From a virus (lineage: Duplodnaviria > Caudoviricetes): a stretch of DNA of 44,081 nucleotides. A program made the position numbers and the translations under genes. The notes beneath the pieces were generated by a model. That model was not told the DNA's origin. It searched no databases and saw only the letters and a list, made by a program, of their open reading frames with translations. Positions 18,617 to 26,251 of this stretch are shown in pieces. The stretch covers positions 1-44,081 of the IMG/VR virus record IMGVR_UViG_3300047272_000248. One strand, written 5' to 3'. The first letter of the stretch is position 1. Each line of letters begins with the position of its first letter.

Positions 18617-18757
18617 GTGTCGAGCGGTTCGGGGCAACAGCACTCTGGTTACAGTCACAAGCGTGGCTGGCTACGAGTAGTGGTTTGTAATCCAACCAAC
18701 AACAGCGAAAGCAAATTGCTACACGCTGTTTCTTCAATCGTTCGCTTCATCACGCAT

Positions 18758-19288
18758 ATGGATAACAACCAAATCCAGAAACTCCTTGCTCAGGCGAGCA
18801 AGGTGGAAGTCATCACCACCACCATCCGCACTTGGGGTCAGCCTCATCAGAACGACAACACCTACACTGGTGATTCGAAGTTCACGAAGGCTTTCGCTGA
18901 GGTCATCGGTAAGAGCGACAACGAAGTCGTTCACATCTATGTGACCGAACTCATCGGTGAATGGAACTACCGCCACGATATCTCGCACACCGACTTCGTT
19001 AAGTGCTTCGCTTTCGAAGTGCTCAACAAGTCGTTGCCGAAGTTCGTTACGGTTCTCTTCCAGCATTCCAACGGCTGGCAGAAGGATGCGACTGACCGCA
19101 TCAAGACCGCTGAGGCCGAAGTGCTCAACGCTCACGAGGATGGCGAACGCTACTGGAAGAACCTCGTGGCTCAGGAATCCGCCATCGCCAAAGCCAAGGC
19201 CGATGCCGACCGCATCGCCAAGGAAATCCTCGATGCCAAGTCCAAGGATGGCATCGACCAGTTCGGTGCTGGTGAACCGCAGGTCTAA
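18758..19288 (+). CDS. Early hypothetical protein
   Basis: Start MDNNQIQ after a structured leader; strong codon bias; followed by a terminator. Confidence 0.8.
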   Translation: MDNNQIQKLLAQASKVEVITTTIRTWGQPHQNDNTYTGDSKFTKAFAEVIGKSDNEVVHIYVTELIGEWNYRHDISHTDFVKCFAFEVLNKSLPKFVTVLFQHSNGWQKDATDRIKTAEAEVLNAHEDGERYWKNLVAQESAIAKAKADADRIAKEILDAKSKDGIDQFGAGEPQV

Positions 19289-19312
19289 CACGAACTAGAA
19301 CATCCGACTGTG

Positions 19313-19350
19313 AAGAGGGGAGACGAGCAATCGTCTCTCCTCTTTGCTTT
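19313..19350 (+). terminator. Rho-independent terminator
   Basis: AAGAGGGGAGACGA-GCAA-TCGTCTCTCCTCTT then TGCTTTT. Confidence 0.8.
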
Positions 19351-19374
19351 TACTCATACCAAACTCCAATAGAT

Positions 19375-20136
19375 ATGACGCTGTTCAACTTCGACAACGC
19401 CAAGACCAAGAAAGGTAATCACCTCGGATACAGCACTGCCATCCTGTATCTCGCTCCGTCCGATATGTCGGGCGTAGTCAATGTATGCAAACACGCAACC
19501 AAAGAGTGTCGTGAACTCTGCCTCGTCTACGCTGGTCTCGCTGGAATCTTCCCGAAGATTAACGAGTCCCGCATCAAGAAGACGAAGTGGATGAACGAAT
19601 TCCCAGAAGCGTTCTGGGGTAAGGTGAGCCGTGAGATTCAGAACCACGAGAACCTCTGCTATCGCAACACCAAGCGATTGAAGCGGAAGTTGAAACCGTG
19701 CGTTCGACTAAACGGAACATCCGACATCTGGAACGAGCATATGCAAAGCATTATGTATCGTTTCCCTGACACTCAGTTCTACGACTACAGTAAGGACTTC
19801 AAACGCATCGTTGATTGGAAGATGGGCAAGTTGCCTCTCAACTATCATCTCACCTATTCGTATGGTGGCGGTGATGCGAAGAATGCCATCTGGTGTCTTG
19901 AGAACGGAGTCAATGTTGCCTTCGTGTTCGATGTTAAGCGTGGAGACAAACTTCCTTCCCATCATTGGGGATTTGAAGTTGTTGATGGCGATACGCACGA
20001 CCTGCGTTTCCTCAACCAGCGAGACATCAACAAGTATGGTCGCATCATCGGACTCCGTGCCAAAGGCAAAGCAGTCGGAGTTGCTGGCAAGCAAAACGGC
20101 TTCGTGCAGTCAGGTTCTATGGAGGTGCAATCGTGA
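19375..20136 (+). CDS. GP88-like phage protein (Cys cluster, possible Fe-S enzyme)
   Basis: ILYLAP, Cx6Cx3C, VRLNGTSD, QFYDYSK, NYHLTYS, DGDTHDLRF and GLRAKG motifs. Confidence 0.75.
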   Translation: MTLFNFDNAKTKKGNHLGYSTAILYLAPSDMSGVVNVCKHATKECRELCLVYAGLAGIFPKINESRIKKTKWMNEFPEAFWGKVSREIQNHENLCYRNTKRLKRKLKPCVRLNGTSDIWNEHMQSIMYRFPDTQFYDYSKDFKRIVDWKMGKLPLNYHLTYSYGGGDAKNAIWCLENGVNVAFVFDVKRGDKLPSHHWGFEVVDGDTHDLRFLNQRDINKYGRIIGLRAKGKAVGVAGKQNGFVQSGSMEVQS

Positions 20137-20384
20137 GCGACGAATTCAATCGTGCGTTGAGCGAGTTTCTCGATGCCGAAGATAAGTGGCTCGCAGTTGA
20201 GTCTCGATGGTTCGATGACCACAAGCCTGTTCGCAACGCTCGCATCGAAAAGCAGGTCGATGCCATTTACAGAAATGTAAAGTTTCGCGTATCCGAACTG
20301 CGTACCATCGCCAACAAACTTGGCGGTGAGTATGTTCGAACCGCTGAGTACGCACTCGGCAAAAACTTCGGACTGCCACGATGA
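20133..20384 (+). CDS. Hypothetical protein
   Basis: 83 aa; GTGA/ATGA coupled. Confidence 0.75.
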   Translation: MSDEFNRALSEFLDAEDKWLAVESRWFDDHKPVRNARIEKQVDAIYRNVKFRVSELRTIANKLGGEYVRTAEYALGKNFGLPR

Positions 20385-20551
20385 GCGAATGCTACTGCGG
20401 TTCTAAACTGCAAGCGTACTGGCTCTACGATGGACACGGCATCGCACTCTGCAAGGTGTGCGACAAGTGTAAGTCGCAGAAGGTGAAGAAGTATCGCCCT
20501 GACATCTTCACGCAATACGAAGCCGATGAGCCAATCAACGCAGACGAATAA
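20381..20551 (+). CDS. Small Cys-rich (Zn-finger-like) protein, 56 aa
   Basis: MSECYCGSK...CKVCDKC; manually translated; ATGA overlap. Confidence 0.7.
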   Translation: MSECYCGSKLQAYWLYDGHGIALCKVCDKCKSQKVKKYRPDIFTQYEADEPINADE

Positions 20552-20666
20552 GTCGTGGCTCAACGAGTGGGAGGATGACCGTGACATCCTCCTCTCTTTT
20601 CTACTTTCGCAGGACGAACCTGCGGATACCAAACCCAAAAACCAAACAGAAACAACCAATGCGTAA
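20526..20666 (+). CDS. Small hypothetical protein, 46 aa
   Basis: MSQSTQTNKSWLNEWEDDRD...; manually translated. Confidence 0.4.
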   Translation: MSQSTQTNKSWLNEWEDDRDILLSFLLSQDEPADTKPKNQTETTNA

Positions 20667-21072
20667 GCATAAAGTCGTTCCCACTAAGACTCAAAACAAG
20701 TGGATGTCGGTCAACGAGCAGGTTCGCCTCGCTCTCAACAAGGATGCCGTCAAGGCAACCTCGGTAACTCAGCACAAGCCTGTGTCTGAGAAGTTCCTCG
20801 CAAACATCGAACGCCTCAAGTCGGGTGAGTTCGAAGCCAAGCGTAAGCAGGCTTTGGACGCATACTGGCAGGAGAAGCGTGAGAAGAAGGCGAAGTCCAA
20901 AGCGATGCGTGAGTATCACAAGCGATATCTGGAAGAGAACCAACTCGGTGCTTTCTCCACGCATATCCCGAAGGAACTCCTCACCGCCTTCCGCAACCAC
21001 TGCGATAGCAACGGCATCACCTATGGTGAGGCTGTCGTTCTCGCTTTCGTTTCTTACCTGAAGAAACAGTAA
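20659..21072 (+). CDS. Protein with a C-terminal ribbon-helix-helix-like domain
   Basis: FSTHIPKELLTAFRNHCDSNGITYGEAVVLAFVSYL; A/C-rich leader. Confidence 0.65.
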   Translation: MRKHKVVPTKTQNKWMSVNEQVRLALNKDAVKATSVTQHKPVSEKFLANIERLKSGEFEAKRKQALDAYWQEKREKKAKSKAMREYHKRYLEENQLGAFSTHIPKELLTAFRNHCDSNGITYGEAVVLAFVSYLKKQ

Positions 21073-21173
21073 CCCAACCTTTCCAACGAGTGTGAAAGTC
21101 GCCCAACCTACTAGACGAGTAGCACTCTGCGGATTAACCAAACGCAACCAAACACCCAACAGAAACAACCGTT

Positions 21174-21998
21174 ATGAAAATCCTGTTCTATAAGTTCCTC
21201 AGTCTCTTCGGCATCAACCGCCAGACTGACTTGCAGATGCTCCGCAACGCAATCGTGATGCAAAGGCGAGACTTCGAATGCCGTATCCAGTCTCTGGAAG
21301 GCGATGTTCGTAGGCTCTGCACGATGCTCGGTCACGACCAAGTCAGCGTCACCACTGACGCAACGCTCTTGAAGGAACACTTCCAGAGTGTCGTTCGTGA
21401 CGCTGTCGAATCTGAGTTCGACTTCGATGCACTCGTCAGCGATGCGGTCAACGACTACGACTACTCCGATGTCATTGATAACGCCATCAATGATAAGGAC
21501 TGGGATGATGTTCTTCGTGACAACATCGACTACGATAAAGTCGCAGAGAAGGTCGTAGAAGAAATCGATTGGTCTGATGTCATCAGCGACAACGACATCG
21601 TGACCACCAACGACATCGACCTCGATGATGTGATGCTTCAGTCGGAGCATATGTCCGATGACGATGTGATGACTCGTGCCGACCTCAGCGATGAAGTCTG
21701 TAGCGAACTCAAGCGTGACTGGTTCAAGCAGATGCTCAGCGAGCAGGTCGCAAGCATCTTCAAGGACACGCTCTACAAGGCACGAGAAACCGAACACGAC
21801 AATGTCATCAACGCCATCGATGAGGAGATTGCCGTCGGCCTCGCCAAGGCAATCGAAGAACGGATGACGGAGAAGTTCGGTGCGATGTGGGACACTTGGT
21901 ATGTCGAACACACTCGTCACTGCGTCAAAGTCATCCTCGGCGAATTCCTCGCCAGTGCCTACGAACAGACCAAGGGAGGAGAAGAATCCGCCCAGTAA
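21174..21998 (+). CDS. Highly acidic repeat protein
   Basis: Central D/E-rich D[FYW][DS]-type repeats. Confidence 0.85.
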   Translation: MKILFYKFLSLFGINRQTDLQMLRNAIVMQRRDFECRIQSLEGDVRRLCTMLGHDQVSVTTDATLLKEHFQSVVRDAVESEFDFDALVSDAVNDYDYSDVIDNAINDKDWDDVLRDNIDYDKVAEKVVEEIDWSDVISDNDIVTTNDIDLDDVMLQSEHMSDDDVMTRADLSDEVCSELKRDWFKQMLSEQVASIFKDTLYKARETEHDNVINAIDEEIAVGLAKAIEERMTEKFGAMWDTWYVEHTRHCVKVILGEFLASAYEQTKGGEESAQ

Positions 21999-22084
21999 CC
22001 CAATTTGTGCGAAAAGCGTTCGAGCCTCATCAGGTTTTAGCGTCCTAGTAGCACAGAACCAACCAAACCCAAAAAAACACACAT

Positions 22085-23026
22085 ATGCTACACAGCATCC
22101 AGACAGTCGCTGACCTGTCTCTAATCCGTCAGCAGTACGAGCGTGAAGTCGAAAGGCATCACGCCAACAGCCCGAAGGTCACTTCGGGTTCTAACGCCCA
22201 CAACTACTCCGTTCGCTCCGTTCCGCTTTACACTGCGGATGGTGTCCCTGCTAACTGCTGGGGCAATCAGCGTTGCGACAACGGTGTCATCATCGGCAAG
22301 ACCAGCGACAAGTACGGAATCATCCAGAACGATGTGTTCGAACGAACCATCCGTGCTGGATTCGAATCGAACGGCCTCACGCCTTCGAACTTCCAGAGCG
22401 TCGTGACTCGTCGTGGTGCTCGCACCCATATGCAGTTCGACTTCGCTACTGAGCGTGCTGACATCACCCGCAAGGGTGATATCGTTGCGTTGCGTATCAC
22501 CGCCAAGAACTCGTTTGACGGCACTAGCCGTTCTTCGATTTCTGTCGGTGCTCTTCGCCTCGTATGCACGAACGGTATGACTTCGTTCCGTGAGGATATG
22601 GCGTTCTCCGTTCGTCACACCTCCAATGTGAACTACGAGTTCGTCAACGATGTCGTGGTTCAGGCGATGACCGAATGGTCTACGCTTCGCACGGTGTGGA
22701 ACAACCTCGCTCGCATCCCGCTGTCTCAACAGCAGGGTTGGAACGCAATCGAGAACCTCGTCAATCGTGGTTACCTTGGTGCTTCCGTTCGCAAGCGTGT
22801 CCACGAAGTGTGGTCTGTGCCTTCGTACAACGAAGACCGTGACCGCAACTTGTGGAATCTGTACAACGCTCACACGCAGGTGCTCACGCACGGCTTCAGC
22901 GAGCAGAAGTACGAGATGGTGAACCGCACTTCCTCGCAGGTGCTCCACGCATTGCATCACGCAACGCAGAACGAGCAGTCGTTCATCGAACTCATCACCG
23001 CACCTGACGAGGTGCGAGCCAACTGA
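22085..23026 (+). CDS. DUF932-family protein
   Basis: YGIIQN, NSFDGTS, RLVCTNG, VRHT and LWNLYNAHT motifs. Confidence 0.85.
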   Translation: MLHSIQTVADLSLIRQQYEREVERHHANSPKVTSGSNAHNYSVRSVPLYTADGVPANCWGNQRCDNGVIIGKTSDKYGIIQNDVFERTIRAGFESNGLTPSNFQSVVTRRGARTHMQFDFATERADITRKGDIVALRITAKNSFDGTSRSSISVGALRLVCTNGMTSFREDMAFSVRHTSNVNYEFVNDVVVQAMTEWSTLRTVWNNLARIPLSQQQGWNAIENLVNRGYLGASVRKRVHEVWSVPSYNEDRDRNLWNLYNAHTQVLTHGFSEQKYEMVNRTSSQVLHALHHATQNEQSFIELITAPDEVRAN

Positions 23027-23033
23027 TAACACA

Positions 23034-23063
23034 GGGACGCATCATCGCAAGGTGGTGCGTCCC
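23034..23063 (+). other. Strong GCAA-capped hairpin without a U tract (processing or stabilising element)
   Basis: GGGACGCATCATC-GCAA-GGTGGTGCGTCCC. Confidence 0.6.
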
Positions 23064-23073
23064 GCTTATCACT

Positions 23074-23274
23074 ATGATTACGATTAACACCGTTGAGTTG
23101 ACCAACGCACAGTTGGAAGCACTCATCAAGTTGGTAAACATCGGATGGACGCTCGACTACTCGACCATCACCAAACTGCCTCGTGAGCAGTGCATCACCA
23201 TCGTTGTCAAAGGCCAGAACACTGGTGCGACTATGACGATGGGAATCGAAGCGGACGGCTACACTCACTCCTGA
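23074..23274 (+). CDS. Hypothetical protein
   Basis: 66 aa ending MGIEADGYTHS; operon context. Confidence 0.75.
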   Translation: MITINTVELTNAQLEALIKLVNIGWTLDYSTITKLPREQCITIVVKGQNTGATMTMGIEADGYTHS

Positions 23275-23275
23275 T

Positions 23276-23728
23276 ATGAGCCTGAACTTCGAATTCGCTG
23301 AGGGTATCGATAAGTCGCTTATCGAATACACAAACAAGGACGGTGAACTGCACTGGCTTCCTCGTGCTCAGTCGTTCGTCTACTACCAGATGGGTCTGCA
23401 ACACGACCTCACTGGTGAGATGACGGATGACAAACTCATCGAGATTGCCAGACGCATTCATCTCCTCGACCTGTATCATCAGGGTGCTCACTACTGGGAG
23501 CGTGAAGGTGATAAGACCGTGGGATATCGCCACCAACTGCACGATGTGATTACTTATTGGGGTCTTACCACCAATGTTGCTCACCTATCTCGCACGAAGT
23601 GGGACGCATATTACCAGAAGCAGTTCATCAAGTTCACACGCAGTGGATACTTCCTCACCACCAAGGATGTGTTGACGAGGCTTCGCAACCGTAAGCCGTG
23701 GGATGAATCCGATGCCGACAGGAGTTGA
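23276..23728 (+). CDS. Hypothetical protein
   Basis: 150 aa; starts 1 nt after the upstream stop. Confidence 0.8.
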   Translation: MSLNFEFAEGIDKSLIEYTNKDGELHWLPRAQSFVYYQMGLQHDLTGEMTDDKLIEIARRIHLLDLYHQGAHYWEREGDKTVGYRHQLHDVITYWGLTTNVAHLSRTKWDAYYQKQFIKFTRSGYFLTTKDVLTRLRNRKPWDESDADRS

Positions 23729-23783
23729 AGTTGCCATCGTTGTTGCGTGGTTAGCAGTTGTTATCAACAAGTTGAGAAAATAA
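23712..23783 (+). CDS. Putative small membrane peptide (23 aa)
   Basis: MPTGVEVAIVVAWLAVVINKLRK. Confidence 0.4.
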   Translation: MPTGVEVAIVVAWLAVVINKLRK

Positions 23784-23868
23784 CGCAAAACCCTCGTGTA
23801 AGTGAGGTTTCAGAGCGTACAAACCCGCTCTTTATCGAGGGCCACATCTTAATCGGTGTGGCTCTCTC

Positions 23869-23900
23869 AAATTTCCAGTCAGGGATGTGGTATACTAATG
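23869..23900 (+). promoter_or_regulatory. Early promoter P2 (extended -10)
   Basis: AAATTTCCA...GGATGTGG-TATACT, twin of 18585. Confidence 0.75.
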
Positions 23901-23980
23901 GTGTAGCAAGTACGGCACTGACGCACGGCTTGTTACCCGCACGAACCAACAACAAGTGCGGTGATAGAAACAACACAACA

Positions 23981-24322
23981 ATGGAAAAGAAACTGAAACT
24001 GGTTCTCGTCTCTCTCATCAAAGCATCCGCTGAGATGAAGAAAGAAAAGTTCAGCATCACTTCGCTCGCGAACTGGTGCGACAAGGCGAAGGAGTTCGAC
24101 ACGCTCACCAAAGCGGTGGCGAAGGGTGCGAAGGTCGCACGCAAAGATGAAAGCGTGGCGTTGAAGAATCGCCTCGGCCTCGGAGTGCTGACGATCCCCC
24201 TGCCGAAGGTTAAGGCTCGTGCGGTGTTCAAGCAGGTGCGTGTCATCGCAACCGAACAGTCCAAGCGTGTTAAGAGTATCGACAAGAATTGGAAGCACAT
24301 CGCCAAGCATCTCTCCAAGTAA
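23981..24322 (+). CDS. Basic, Lys-rich hypothetical protein
   Basis: Start MEKKLKL after an A/C-rich leader downstream of P2. Confidence 0.75.
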   Translation: MEKKLKLVLVSLIKASAEMKKEKFSITSLANWCDKAKEFDTLTKAVAKGAKVARKDESVALKNRLGLGVLTIPLPKVKARAVFKQVRVIATEQSKRVKSIDKNWKHIAKHLSK

Positions 24323-24384
24323 TGCCCGATGTTATTCTACTGCTCGTATTGCTTGCGTCATTACGGATTCTTAATGGCCGTTAA
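24322..24384 (+). CDS. Putative small hydrophobic peptide (20 aa)
   Basis: MPDVILLLVLLASLRILNGR; TAATG-coupled. Confidence 0.4.
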   Translation: MPDVILLLVLLASLRILNGR

Positions 24385-24428
24385 TGTGTAAGTGATTCGT
24401 TCTGACACACGGCATCACAGAGAAGAAC

Positions 24429-24476
24429 GCTCCCTGCCCCAACCCGGGGCGGGGGGCTTCAACTTCTCTTGTTTTC
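24429..24476 (+). terminator. GC-rich hairpin, probable (possibly bidirectional) terminator
   Basis: GCTCCCTGCCCC-AACCC-GGGGCGGGGGGC followed by a pyrimidine-rich tract. Confidence 0.6.
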
Positions 24477-24636
24477 CCCTATTCCTCTACGCATTACGAT
24501 ACACACTATTTACTGCAAAAGTCTAGTGTAGGCTAGAGAAGGCAGGGGTTATTAGGGGGGACGGCCTGAACTTGTCAAGTTGCTTTGGTCGAAAGGACGC
24601 ATTTTTTTATTTTTCAAGCACAAAAGGGGTCAAACT

Positions 24637-24735
24637 GGGGGGTGAAATGTATTTCCTAGGGGGGTGAAATGTATTTCCTAGGGGGGGTGCTATGGATTTC
24701 CTACATATAGAATAGAGGATAGAATAGAGGATAGA
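24637..24735. repeat. Tandem 22-bp iteron-like repeats plus ATAGAATAGAGG x2
   Basis: GGGGGGTGAAATGTATTTCCTA x2 plus one variant; matches the reverse complement of 16186-16284. Confidence 0.85.
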
Positions 24736-24779
24736 TACAATAGGGTTGACAGAGAGGGATTCATATGAAATGTTGGGGT

Positions 24780-25283
24780 ATGGACACGAAGGAGAGCGAT
24801 TTGGTAGACAAGTACGGTATCAGCCGTGCTGAGTTCAAAGATATCCGTAAAACCATCAAACAGGATGGTGAACTGGGCCGTTTGTGGTACAGAGAGGACT
24901 CCAAGAAGCCCGAACATCTCCGAACGGTGTTCTGGACGGATGTTGGTCAATACTTCCTTGCCCATTACCTGCAATCGAAGGTCGAATTCATCCAACAGGA
25001 GGAACAATCGATTTCTGAGGTGATGACGAAGGCTCAGTTTGACAAATTAGTCAACAACACCAAGTGGGTAGGCAAAGTTACCCGCAATTCGTATGCAAAC
25101 ATCAATCTGGTGACCGTAGAACACGAAACTGGCTTCAAGGTCAATGTAACCTGCAAGGACAACAAGTTGTACTCCAAGCATTCCTATGTTCAGGTTGACA
25201 CCAAGAACCAAAGGCACACCATTCGACTTCCTCAGTTCAAAAACTATGAAAAAGCAAAAGAAAGCCTCAAGCCCAAGCGATAA
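24780..25283 (+). CDS. Hypothetical protein, first gene of the late block
   Basis: Probable start MDTKESD; N-terminus HTH-like (KYGISRAEFKDIR). Confidence 0.7.
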   Translation: MDTKESDLVDKYGISRAEFKDIRKTIKQDGELGRLWYREDSKKPEHLRTVFWTDVGQYFLAHYLQSKVEFIQQEEQSISEVMTKAQFDKLVNNTKWVGKVTRNSYANINLVTVEHETGFKVNVTCKDNKLYSKHSYVQVDTKNQRHTIRLPQFKNYEKAKESLKPKR

Positions 25284-25386
25284 CCTGAAACAGTCCCTTG
25301 GCATCCCCGCCTACAAGGAAACTAAACAGCACGAAGCCAAGGAACACAAGGGTGGCAAGGGTTGTTGCAAGAAGTGTGGTAAGTAA
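25246..25386 (+). CDS. Small basic protein
   Basis: MKKQKK...CCKKCGK; TAATG-coupled to the next gene. Confidence 0.6.
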   Translation: MKKQKKASSPSDNLKQSLGIPAYKETKQHEAKEHKGGKGCCKKCGK

Positions 25387-25631
25387 TGGCTACCTACAAA
25401 GGCCGTAAGGTCACACTCAACAAACCGTTCAGAACCCCCAGTGGCCCGAAGAAGTCCGCTGTCTATGTTAAGGGTTCTGGTGGTAAGGCCAAGATTGTCA
25501 GATTCGGTGACCCGAAGATGTCCATCAAGAAGAGCAACCCCGCTCGCAGAAAGTCTTTCCGTGCTCGGCACAAGTGTGCTACCGCCAAGGACAAGTCCTC
25601 TGCCAGATACTGGAGTTGCAAGGCTTGGTAA
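25386..25631 (+). CDS. Conserved small basic phage protein
   Basis: VRFGDP...RRKSFRARHKC...ARYWSC pattern, which I recall from aquatic phages. Confidence 0.8.
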   Translation: MATYKGRKVTLNKPFRTPSGPKKSAVYVKGSGGKAKIVRFGDPKMSIKKSNPARRKSFRARHKCATAKDKSSARYWSCKAW

Positions 25632-25673
25632 AAAAATGAATTCGATGCGATGCTAACGCATCGCAGAGATAAC

Positions 25674-25749
25674 GCCACTGTAACTCAATCGGCAGAGTAC
25701 CTGTTTTGTAAACAGAAGGTTGTCGGTTCAACTCCGACCAGTGGCTCCA
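25674..25749 (+). tRNA. tRNA-Thr (UGU), CCA encoded
   Basis: GCCACTG/CAGTGGC acceptor; CTGT-TTTGTAA-ACAG anticodon arm; GTCGG-TTCAACT-CCGAC T arm. Confidence 0.95.
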
Positions 25750-25849
25750 CCTTAGTACCACCCCGCCCTCTTAACAATGGTTTCTCTGGGGTGGTCGTAT
25801 TAACGCCAAACGGCTTTCGCTTTAATAGCCATAACCCTTATTAACGCCA

Positions 25850-26251
25850 ATGAGCGAAGAAGAAGAATGGAGACCAGTGCCAATCAAGCAATTTGAGGGG
25901 CTGTACGACATTTCAAGCCACGGACGGCTCAGGGCTAGGGAGAAGGTGACAAGTGACGGCAGAAGGCTTCCTGAGCGGTTTGTGAAGCCTACGAAACTGA
26001 GGAATGGCTACCTCCAGTTCAAACTGCACAACAACAAGTTTAGGTTTAATGTAAATTCGCACAAGTTAGTTGCAATTACTTTTGGGCTGATATACTGGAA
26101 CGAACATTCCTCTTCGGAGTTACAGATTAACCACAAGGATGGAAACAAGGAGAACAACTCTGTTTCTAACTTGGAAGCCTGTACGCCAAGCGAGAACCTA
26201 CTCCACGCTTACAGAACAGGACTGAAAAAACCCTCTACAAGATATGGCTGA
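25850..26251 (+). CDS. NUMOD4-HNH homing endonuclease
   Basis: EEWRPV...FEGLYDISSHGRLR (NUMOD4); HKLVA...INHKDGNKENNSVSNLE...EN (HNH). Confidence 0.92.
   Translation: MSEEEEWRPVPIKQFEGLYDISSHGRLRAREKVTSDGRRLPERFVKPTKLRNGYLQFKLHNNKFRFNVNSHKLVAITFGLIYWNEHSSSELQINHKDGNKENNSVSNLEACTPSENLLHAYRTGLKKPSTRYG

Noticed and set aside
10130-24500. Integration or lysogeny module
   Set aside because: No integrase, ParA or clear CI-type repressor recognised, despite the lambdoid-style replication genes
24637-24735. CRISPR mini-array
   Set aside because: The repeats are contiguous with no spacers and match the initiator iterons
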